Source: Eledone cirrhosa
Taxonomy: Eukaryota
Reading direction: 5' to 3'
Length of the DNA stretch: 64,000 bases
Assembly: GCA_964016885.1 (NCBI GenBank)
Contig: OZ024740.1
Span: 435,922,001-435,986,000 of the forward strand
In this document: positions 24,290 through 34,407 of the stretch, in pieces
Layout of the letters: each line of letters starts with the position of its first letter
Position numbering within the stretch: position 1 is the first letter of the stretch
Notes under the pieces: generated by a model
Seen by the model: only the letters and a program-made list of their open reading frames with translations
Told to the model about the DNA's origin: nothing
Database searches by the model: none
Position numbers and translations under genes: made by a program

Positions 24290-27200
24290 TTTCTTTTATT
24301 ATTTTACTGTCTTCAGTCATTAGACTGTGGCCATACTGGGGCACCGTACTGTTACTGGTGTCAGTCATTAGACTGTGGCCATACTGGGGCACTGTACTGT
24401 TACTGGTGTCAGTCATTAGACTGTGGCCATACTGGGGCACTGTTATGTTACTGGTGTCAGTCATTAGACTGTGGCCATACTGGGGCACTGTTATGTTACT
24501 GGTGTCAGTCATTAGACTGTGGCCATACTGGGGCACTGTTATGTTACTGGTGTCAGTCATTAGACTGTGGCCATACTGGGGCACTGTTATGTTACTGGTG
24601 TTAGTCATTAGACTGTGGCCATACTGGGGCACTGTTATGTTACTGGTGTCAGTCATAAGACTGTGGCCATACTGGGGCACTGTTATGTTACTGGTGTCAG
24701 TCATTAGACAGTGGCCATACTGGGGCACTGTTATGTTACTGGTGTCACTCATTACTGTGGCCATACTGGGGCACTGTTATGTTACTGGTGTCACTCATTA
24801 CTGTGGCCATACTGGGGCACTGTTATGTTACTGGTGTCACTCATTACTGTGGCCATACTGGGGCACTGTTATGTTACTGGTGTCAGTCATTAGACTGTGG
24901 CCATACTGGGGCACTGTTATGTTACTGGTGTCAGTCATAAGACTGTGGCCATGCTGGGGCACTGTTCTGTTACTGGTGTCAGTCATTAGACTGTGGCCAT
25001 ACTGGGGCACTGTTATGTTACTGGTGTCAGTCATTAGACTGTGGCCATGCTGGGGCACTGTTATGTTACTGGTGTCAGTCATTAGACTGTGGCCATACTG
25101 GGGCACTGTTATGTTACTGGTGTCAGTCATTAGACTGTGGCCATACTGGGGCACTGTTATGTTACTGGTGTCAGTCATTAGACTGTGGCCATACTGGGGC
25201 ACAGTTATGTTACTGGTGTCAGTCATTACTGTGGCCATACTGGGGCACTGTTATGTTACTGGTGTCAGTCATTAGACTGTGGCCATACTGGGGCACTGTT
25301 ATGTTACTGGTGTCAGTCATTACTGTGGCCATACTGGGGCACTGTTATGTTACTGGTGTCAGTCATTAGACAGTGGCCATACTGGGGCACTGTTATGTTA
25401 CTGGTGTCAGTCATTACTGGGGCACTGTTATGTTACTGGTGTCAGTCATTAGACTGTGGCCATACTGGGGCACTGTTATGTTACTGGTGTCAGTCATTAG
25501 ACTGTGGCCATGCTGGGGCACTGTTATGTTACTGGTGTCAGTCATTAGACTGTGGCCATACTGGGGCACTGTTATGTTACTGGTGTCAGTCATTAGACTG
25601 TGGCCATGCTGGGGCACTGTTATGTTACTGGTGTCAGTCATTAGACTGTGGCCATACTGGGGCACTGTTATGTTACTGGTGTCAGTCATTAGACTGTGGC
25701 CATACTGGGGCACTGTTATGTTACTGGTGTCAGTCATTAGACTGTGGCCATGCTGGGGCACTGTTATGTTACTGGTGTCAGTCATTAGACTGTGGTCATG
25801 CTGGGGCACTGTTATGTTACTGGTGTCAGTCATTAGACTGTGGCCATACTGGGGCACTGTTATGTTACTGGTGTCAGTCATTAGACTGTGGCCATGCTGG
25901 GGCACTGTTATGTTACTGGTGTCAGTCATTAGACAGTGGCCATACTGGGGCACTGTTATGTTACTGGTGTCAGTCATTAGACTGTGGCCATACTGGGGCA
26001 CTGTTATGTTACTGGTGTCAGTCATTACTGTGGCCATACTGGGGCACTGTTATGTTACTGGTGTCAGTCATTAGACTGTGGCCATACTGGGGCACTGTTA
26101 TGTTACTGGTGTCAGTCATTAGACTGTTGCCATGCTGGGGCACTGTTATGTTACTGGTGTCAGTCATTAGACTGTGGCCATACTGGGGCACTGTTATGTT
26201 ACTGGTGTCAGTCATTAGACTGTGGCCATACTGGGGCACTGTTATGTTACTGGTGTCAGTCATAAGACTGTGGCCATGCTGGGGCACTGTTCTATTACTA
26301 GTGTCAGTCATTAGACTGTGGCCATACTGGGGCACTGTTATGTTACTGGTGTCAGTCATTAGACTGTGGCCATGCTGGGGCACTGTTATGTTACTGGTGT
26401 CAGTCATTAGACTGTGGCCATGCTGGGGCACTGTTCTGTTACTGGTGTTAGTCATTACTGTGGCCATACTGGGGCACTGTTATGTTACTGGTGTCAGTCA
26501 TTACTGTGGCCATACTGGGGCACTGTTATGTTACTGGTGTCAGTCATTAGACTGTGGCCATACTGGGGCACTGTTATGTTACTGGTGTCAGTCATTACTG
26601 TGGCCATACTGGGGCACTGTTATGTTACTGGTGTCAGTCATTACTGTGGCCATACTGGGGCACTGTTATGTTACTGGTGTCAGTCATTAGACTGTGGCCA
26701 TGCTGGGGCACTGTTATGTTACTGGTGTCAGTCATTAGACTGTGGCCATACTGGGGCACTGTTATGTTACTGGTGTCAGTCATTAGACTGTGGCCATGCT
26801 GGGGCACTGTTATGTTACTGGTGTCAGTCATTAGACTGTGGCCATACTGGGGCACTGTTATGTTACTGGTGTCAGTCATTAGACTGTGGCCATACTGGGG
26901 CACTGTTATGTTACTGGTGTCAGTCATTACTGTGGCCATACTGGGGCACTGTTATGTTACTGGTGTCAGTCATTAGACTGTGTCCATACTGGGGCACTGT
27001 TATGTTACTGGTGTCAGTCATTAGACTGTGGCCATGCTGGGGCACTGTTGTGTTACTGGTGTCAGTCATTAGACTGTGGCCATACTGGGGCACTGTTATG
27101 TTACTGGTGTCAGTCATTAGACTGTGGCCATACTGGGGCACTGTTATGTTACTGGTGTCAGTCATTAGACTGTGGCCATACTGGGGCACTGTTATGTTAC

Positions 27201-28830
27201 TGGTGTCAGTCATTAGACTGTGGCCATACTGGGGCACTGTTATGTTACTGGTGTCAGTCATTAGACTGTGGCCATACTGGGGCACTGTTATGTTACTGGT
27301 GTCAGTCATTAGACTGTGGCCATGCTGGGGCACTGTTATGTTACTGGTGTCAGTCATTAGACTGTGGCCATACTGGGGCACTGTTATGTTACTGGTGTCA
27401 GTCATTACTGTGGCCATACTGGGGCACTGTTATGTTACTGGTGTTAGTCATTACTGTGGCCATACTGGGGCACTGTTATGTTACTGGTGTCAGTCATTAG
27501 ACTGTGGCCATACTGGGGCACTGTTATGTTACTGGTGTCAGTCATTACTGTGGCCATACTGGGGCACTGTTATGTTACTGGTGTCAGTCATTAGACTGTG
27601 GCCATACTGGGGCACTGTTATGTTACTGGTGTCAGTCATTAGACTGTGGCCATACTGGGGCACTGTTATGTTACTGGTGTCAGTCATTAGACTGTGGCCA
27701 TACTGGGGCACTGTTATGTTACTGGTGTCAGTCATTAGACTGTGGCCATACTGGGGCACTGTTATGTTACTGGTGTCAGTCATTAGACTGTGGCCATACT
27801 GGGGCACTGTTATGTTACTGGTGTCAGTCATTAGACTGTGGCCATACTGGGGCACTGTTATGTTACTGGTGTCAGTCATTAGACTGTGGCCATACTGGGG
27901 CACTGTTATGTTACTGGTGTCAGTCATTAGACTGTGGCCATACTGGGGCACTGTTATGTTACTGGTGTCAGTCATTAGACTGTGGCCATACTGGGGCACA
28001 GTTAAGCTACTGGTGTTAGTCATTACTGTGGCCATACTGGAGCACCGTACTGTTACTGGTGTCAGTCATTACTGTGGCCATACTGGGGCACTGTTATGTT
28101 ACTGGTGTCAGTCATTAGACTGTGGCCATACTGGGGCACTGTTATGTTACTGGTGTCAGTCATTAGACTGTGGCCATACTGGGGCACTGTTATGTTACTG
28201 GTGTCAGTCATTAGACTGTGGCCATACTGGGGCACTGTTATGTTACTGGTGTCAGTCATTAGACTGTGGCCATACTGGGGCACCGTACTGTTACTGGTGT
28301 CAGTCATTAGACTGTGGCCATACTGGGGCACTGTTATGTTACTGGTGTCAGTCATTAGACTGTGGCCATACTGGGGCACTGTTATGTTACTGGTGTCAGT
28401 CATTAGACTGTGGCCATACTGGGGCACTGTTATGTTACTGGTGTTAGTCATTAGACTGTGGCCATACTGGGGCACTGTTATGTTACTGGTGTCAGTCATT
28501 AGACTGTGGCCATACTGGGGCACTGTTATGTTACTGGTGTCAGTCATTAGACTGTGGCCATACTGGGCCACAGTTAAGCTACTTGTTTCAGTCATAAGAC
28601 TGTGGCCATGCTGGGGCACTGTTCTGTTACTAGTGTCAGTCATTAGACTGTGGCCATGCTGGAGCACTGTTCTGTTACTGGTGTCAGTCATTACTGTGGC
28701 CATGCTGGGGAACCATCTTGGTAGGATTTAGTTAATCATATCAACTGCAATAAGTCTCTCACCTATTTTAGTGATTTAATACAGGACATAAACAAACTGT
28801 AGATGTAAGCACTGACATGGGAAGACATAC
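24290..28830 (-). mobile_element. Degenerate SINE-like element interrupted by the second 48-bp array
   Basis: Left flank TTCTTTTATTATTTTACTG then CAGTCATTAGACTGTGGCCATACTGGGGCACC looks like a reverse-oriented SINE 3' end with an A-rich tail; recognition relies on recall of an abundant octopus SINE. Confidence 0.5.
24304..28710. repeat. 48-bp minisatellite (GTCAGTCATTAGACTGTGGCCAT[A/G]CTGGGGCACTGTTATGTTACTGGT) with 46-bp variants, ~92 copies
   Basis: Direct periodicity; explains all repetitive ORFs at 24245-28731. Confidence 0.97.
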
Positions 28831-28835
28831 ATACT

Positions 28836-28934
28836 CTCTAATCCAGGCCCTTCACCTGTTGGAGGAACCCCTTGCTGGTTGACCTCTAATCCAGGGCCTT
28901 CTCCTGTTGGAAGAACCCCTTGCTGGTTGGCCTC
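28836..28934. repeat. Two-copy 48-bp tandem duplication
   Basis: CTCTAATCCAGG...GAACCCCTTGCTGGTTG at 28836 and 28884 with a few mismatches. Confidence 0.85.
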
Positions 28935-29249
28935 CTCTGCTTTTTGTTTGGGGTGTAGCCGTATTCACCACACTTGACCAATTGTGGGTTGGTGAGGATA
29001 TTTAACCATAGTTAACAGACCTTGCACTGCTGGAGTTCCACTTACCCTCCTGACCATACCAGGGTCTGGTGAGAGAGCTGGTTTAGTCACTGACCATGAA
29101 GCCAGTTCTACTGGGTTACATGGTACCAGTAGCAGAGAGAAGCCTGACATGACCATGGACCCTCATACACACACCCTAAATTTCACTCATAAACCGGGAC
29201 TCTAGTGAGCCATGCAGCCATATCTGCACATATATTTGTGAAGATGTAT

Positions 29250-29702
29250 ACCACCATCACCACCATCATCGCCACCATCACCACCATCATCATTACCATC
29301 ACCACCACTACCACCACCACCACTACCACCACCACCACCATCATCACCACCACCATCATCACCACCACCATCACCACCATCATCACCACCACCATCATCA
29401 CCACCACCATCATCATCACCACCACCATCATCATCACCACCATCATCACCACCACCATCATCACCACCATCATCACCACCACCATCATTACCATCACCAC
29501 TACTACCATCACCACCACTACCACCACTACCACTACCACCACCACCACTACCATCACCACCATTACCATCACCACCACTACCATCACTACCATCATCACA
29601 TCACCACCACCACCACCACCATCATCATCACCATCATCACCATCATCACCATCATCACCATCATCACCATCACCACTACCATCACCACTACCATCATCAC
29701 CA
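29250..29702. repeat. Compound trinucleotide microsatellite (CAC/CAT/TAC)n
   Basis: Direct reading. Confidence 0.95.
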
Positions 29703-29747
29703 ATATCTGTTCACTAACATAGGTTAGATTGTTAAAGACCAAATCAG

Positions 29748-29853
29748 AACTCCCCTGTAGCTGCTGTCTGCATGGACCCTAACCCTTTCATCACTGCAAT
29801 AACTCCACTGTAGCTGCTGTCTTCATGGACCCTAACCCTTTCATCACTGCAAT
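29748..29853. repeat. Two-copy 53-bp tandem duplication spanning the MITE left junction
   Basis: AACTCC.CTGTAGCTGCTGTCT.CATGGACCCTAACCCTTTCATCACTGCAAT at 29748 and 29801. Confidence 0.9.
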
Positions 29854-30034
29854 TCACAGGAAATACACTATTTTAATTAATGAAGAATTTTGAGGGATAT
29901 ACTAAAATTATTAACTATTTCATTTCTAAGATAGTAACTGAATGTAAGGTTCTGGTTTGGAAATCTTTAAAATGGATGGTTTTATTTCATAGAACCAGAG
30001 CTGGTTTTGATCAGGTTGGTAACTAAAGGGTTAA
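29832..30034 (+). mobile_element. ~200-bp non-autonomous DNA element (MITE) with piggyBac-like TTAA/CCCTT termini
   Basis: Left end CTAACCCTTTCATCACT and right end TGGTAACTAAAGGGTTAA are inverted repeats; no ORF. Confidence 0.75.
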
Positions 30035-31453
30035 AATGGGTGGTTTTATTTCATAGGCCCAGAGCTGGTTTTGGTCAGGTTGGTAACTAAAGGGTTAAAT
30101 TGAGTTGTTTTATTTCATAGAACCAGAGCTGGTTTTGATCATGTTGGTAACTAAAGGGTTAAAATGGGTGGTTTTATTTCATAGAACCACAGCTGGTTTT
30201 GGTCAGGTTGGTAACTAAAGGGTTAAAATGGGTGGTTTTATTTCATAGGCCCAGAGCTGGTTTTGATCAGGTTGGTAACTAAAGGGTTAAATTGAGTTGT
30301 TTTATTTCATAGAACCAGAGCTGGTTTTGATCATGTTGGTAACTAAAGGGTTAAAATGGGTGGTTTTATTTCATAGAACCACAGCTGGTTTTGGTCAGGT
30401 TGGTAACTAAAGGGTTAAAATGGGTGGTTTTATTTCATAGAACCAGAGCTGGTTTTGGTCAGGTTGGTAACTAAAGGGTTAAAATGGGTGGTTTTATTTC
30501 ATAGAACTAGAACTGGTTTTGGCTGGGTTGGTAACTAAAGGGTTAAAATGGGTGGTTTTATTTCTTAGAACCAGAGCTGGTTTTGATCAGGTTGGTAACT
30601 AAAGGGTTAACATGGGTGGTTTTATTTCATAGAACCAGAGCTGGTTTTGATCAGGTTGGTAACTAAAGGGTTAAAATGGGAGGTTTTATTTCATAGAACC
30701 AGAGCTGGTTTTGGTAATGTTGGTAACTAAAGGGTTAAAATGGGTGATTTTATTTCATAGAACCAGAGTTGGTTTTGATCAGGTGGGTACCTAAAGGGTT
30801 AAAATGGGAGGTTTTATTTCATAGAACCAGAGCTGGTTTTGGTCAGGTTGGTAACTAAAGGGTTAAAATGGGTGGTTTTATTTCATAGAACCAGAGTTGG
30901 TTTTGGTCAGGTTGGTAATTAAAGGCTTAAAATTGGTGGTTTTATTTCATAGAAACAGAGTTGGTTTTGGTCAGGTTGGTAATTAAAGGCTTAAAATTGG
31001 TGGTTTTATTTCATAGAACCAGAGCTGGTTTTGGCTGGGTTGGTAACTAAAGGGTTAAAATGGGTGGTTTTATTTCATAGAACCAGAGCTGGTTTGGGTC
31101 AGGTTGGTAACTAAAGGGTTAAAATGGGTGGTTTTATTTCTTAGAACCGGAGCTGGTTTTGGCTGGGTTGGTAACTAAAGGGTTAAAATGGGTGGTTTTA
31201 TTTCATAGAACCAGAGCTGGTTTTGGTCAGGTTGGTAACTAAAGGGTTAAAATGGGTGGTTTTATTTCATAGAACTAGAACTGGTTTTGGCTGGGTTGGT
31301 AACTAAAGGGTTAAAATGGGTGGTTTTATTTCATAGAACCAGAGTTGGTTTTGGCTGGGTTGGTAACTAAAGGGTTAAAATGGGTGGTTTTATTTCATAG
31401 AACTAGAGCTGGTTTTGGCTGGGTTGGTAACTAAAGGGTTAAAATGGGTGGTT
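29967..31453. repeat. 64-bp minisatellite, ~23 copies; unit is the right end of the MITE
   Basis: AACTAAAGGG at 30021, 30085 and 30149; every unit ends in the terminal repeat ...AAAGGG before TTAA. Confidence 0.96.
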
Positions 31454-31828
31454 AACCAACTAAATGTTCATCAGAGAAACTAAAGGAGATCTATTTTGAC
31501 AGTTTTTTTTATAAGTGTGAGTTTTGAAATAATATATTGTTACAATGTAGGCATTTATATATAAAAGTGCTTTAGGTTGAGATATAGTTACCTACTTAAC
31601 GTGGCCTGTTGACTTTCAAGATCCTTGGATTTTAGAGTGTGACACACAGTACTGTTACCATGCTGTCTCTCTTTCTCTCCTGCCCTCTCTCTTTACCTTT
31701 CTCTGACCCTCTCTCGCCCAGTTTTCATATAACCTACAAAACATATTCACCAACCATATTTTACATACTTTAACTCCCTGTTGTACCCCATCACAGTCTA
31801 AAATCTGTCTCAAGTCTGAAAACTCATT

Positions 31829-32060
31829 AGGCTGGTGTTTATCTCAGTTTATGTGGTGTGAAGTGACTGAGACTATAAGAAACCCCCTGGACAGGACACC
31901 AGTCCATCACAGGGTTAAACCTCCAGCTACAGCTGAGTATAGTGGAGCAACATGAAATTAAATATTTTGCTCAAGATCACAACCCACAACCCAGTCCAGG
32001 AATCAAACCCAGGACATTGTGATCACAAGTCTAACACACCACTAGCCCACACACCTCCAC
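31829..32060 (-). mobile_element. tRNA-derived SINE (head, shared core, tail type 2)
   Basis: Minus strand: A-box-like GGGCTAGTGG, B-box GGGTTTGATTCC (32010-31999), core CTTGAGCAAAA...CATGTTGCTCCA...ACTCAGCTG shared with the other two copies. Confidence 0.75.
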
Positions 32061-33080
32061 AGAACATCCTAACCACTAGGCCACACCCCTCCACAGAACA
32101 CCCTTACCACTACACCACACACCTCCACAGAACATCCTAACCACTAGCCCACACACCTCCACAGAACACCCTTACCACTACACCACACCCCATCCACAGA
32201 ACACCCTTACCACTACACCACACCCCTCCACAGAACACCCATAACACTACACCACACCCCTCCAGAGAACACCCTTACCACTACACCCCTCCACAGAACA
32301 CCCTTACCGCTACACCACACCCCTCCACAACAGTCTTACCACTACACCACACCCCTCCACAGAACACCCTTACAGCTACACCACACCCCTCCACAACACC
32401 CTTACCGCTACACCACACCCCTCCACAACAGTCTTACCACTACACCACACCCCTCCACAACAGTCTTACCACTACACTACACCCCTCCACAACACACTTA
32501 CCACTACACCACACCCCTCCAGAGAACACCCTTACCACTACACCCCTCCACAGAACACCCTTACCACGACACCACACCCCTCCACAACACCCTTTCAGCT
32601 ACACCACACCCCTCCACAACACCCTTACAGCTACACCACACCCCTCCACAACACCCTTACCACTACACCACACCCCTCTACAACACCCTTACCACTACAC
32701 CACACCCCTCCACAACACCCTTACCACTACACCACACCCCTCCACAACACCCTTACCACTACACCACACCCCTCCACAACACCCTTACCACTACACCACA
32801 CCCCTCTACAACACCCTTACCACTACACCACACACCTCCACAACACCTTTACCACAAACCACACCCCTCCACAGAACAGCCTTACCACTACACCACACGC
32901 CTCCACAGAACACCCTTACCACTACACCACACCCCTCCACAGAACACCCTTACCAATAGACCACAAACCCCTCCACAGAACATCCTTACCACTACACCAC
33001 ACCTCTCCACAGAACACCCTTACCAATAGACCACACCCCTCCACAGAACACCCTTACCAATAGACCACACCCCTCCACAA
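32039..33080. repeat. ~34-bp (29-35) C/A-rich minisatellite (CCACAGAACACCCTTACCACTACACCACACCCCT), ~30 copies, derived from the SINE 5' head
   Basis: Period 34 (32091 to 32125); an early unit reads GTGGAGGGGTGTGGCCTAGTGGTTAGGATGTT on the minus strand. Confidence 0.9.
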
Positions 33081-33469
33081 CCCACAACCCAGGCCAGGAA
33101 ACCCACATTATCATAAGTCTAACACACCTCAATGCCACTCAATACTCTCCCCTAATTCCCTGTTTATTCCACTATCACCACAATTTCTCTTTCTTCCCTT
33201 CATCTTTCATCTCCTGTCTTCTTTCCTCTCCTCTTCTTCGCTATATTTTATTCATCTCTATTATTTCCTATCTTTTTCTATACTTCTCTCTATTTCCACC
33301 ATCTTTATATTTTAAGAATATCAAAACATAAATATAGAAATAGAAGCTTCACCATAATATTGCCTCCATAATATAGTCTAATAATGGGGCATAGAAACTC
33401 ACTGAATAGGAAAACATGGATATCAGCACACAATACCCATCTTTTTCTGTTCCGTGGGTTTATAAATGG

Positions 33470-33772
33470 TAAAGTCCCACTTCGGTCATGAATGACCATG
33501 GGATTTACATCAAGAAAGTTCCCCTCCGAGGCACAAGTCCGGGCAAGGTTGTTTGTGAAAGACCAGTCTCTCTTCTCCACACCACTGATGTTGTCCAAGG
33601 GAAAGCCAATGGCTGATACAGCTTGGCACCAGTGATGTCACAACTCTCCAGCTGAGTAAACTGGAGCAACATGAAAGTGTCAAGGACATAACACATCACT
33701 CATTCCGAGAATCAAACTCACAACCTCTCAATTGCAAACCCAACACTCTAACCACTTAGCCAAGCTCCTTCA
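33470..33772 (-). mobile_element. Near full-length tRNA-derived SINE (head, shared core, tail type 3)
   Basis: Minus strand begins TGAAGGAGCTTGGCTAAGTGGTTAGAGTGTTG (A box); B-box-like GAGTTTGATTCTC (33719-33707); shared core; small GGTCAT/ATGACC stem near the 3' end. Confidence 0.78.
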
Positions 33773-33917
33773 GTGGGTTTATACGCCCCATTATCAGACT
33801 GTAGTCAATATTACAGCGACACTTCTATTCTAAACTACACTCACCACCTTCCAAACATACTTATAAAAATAAACATTTATCTTAATTTCTAATTCTGAAG
33901 TATTTTTTATGTTTCAG

Positions 33918-34142
33918 GAACTAGTAAGGAAAGGTATACCTCACCCATTCCGAGGACTTGCCTGGCAGCTTCTGCTTAACGTTCATGATTCTCCTGCCAA
34001 AGAACGCTATGTAGACTACTTGAAGAAGACTTCCCCGAGTGAGAAGCTGATCAGAAGGGATATTGCACGCACATTCCCTGACCATGACTTCTTCAAAGAG
34101 AAGGATGGTCTTGGCCAGGAGTCTCTCTTCAATGTGATGAAG
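33918..34142 (+). CDS. EVI5: Internal coding exon (225 bp, phase 0/0) of an EVI5/EVI5L-like TBC-domain Rab GTPase-activating protein
   Basis: TTTTTTATGTTTCAG acceptor and AAG|GTATAT donor; 75 aa ELVRKGIPHPFRGLAWQLL...EKLIRRDIARTFPDHDFFKEKDGLGQESLFNVMK with the IxxDxxR arginine finger, closely resembling EVI5. Confidence 0.92.
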
Positions 34143-34237
34143 GTATATCTTACGCAACTGGTTTTTTTTACTTTACAAATATGTTTGTGTCTTTTTTTTT
34201 CTTTTTTTGTTTTAACCAATTTCGTTACCATCTAAAC

Positions 34238-34407
34238 CACAGGTTCTCAACCCATTTAGGCCAAACGCCCCCTTTTGTCCCTCGAAATCACGAAACGCCC
34301 CCCCCCCCCCCCCGCCCTCCCCTCCGCAACCCTATTTTTTCATTTTTCAATATACTACTGATTTTTATATCAGTAGATTACTAAAAAATTGATTAACAAT
34401 ATTCCAA
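34238..34407 (+). mobile_element. Probable left end of a non-autonomous hAT (Charlie-like) element hosting the 40-bp array
   Basis: CACAGGTTCTCAAC resembles Charlie-type termini (CAG.GGTTCTCAA) and follows ATCTAAAC, similar to the nTCTAGAn target preference; right end not in window. Confidence 0.45.

Noticed and set aside
24245-28731. Long Cys/His-rich or hydrophobic repeat ORFs up to 677 aa
   Set aside because: Several frames are open simultaneously and 46-bp units switch between them at random; no non-repetitive domain.
28935-29200. Moderately GC-rich unique-looking stretch with a 63-aa minus ORF
   Set aside because: No protein motif or convincing splice pair; probably a decayed repeat that I cannot name.
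29183-29717. Poly-Thr/Ile mucin-like ORF and poly-Val/Met antisense ORF
   Set aside because: Translation of a (CAC/CAT)n microsatellite.
29777-31453. CCCTAACCC / AAAGGGTTAA as telomeric repeat
   Set aside because: Isolated motifs belonging to MITE termini, not tandem (TTAGGG)n.
33909-34235. 108-aa ORF as a complete gene
   Set aside because: Its ATG lies in the acceptor region and similarity ends at the GT donor at 34143; only 33918-34142 is coding.
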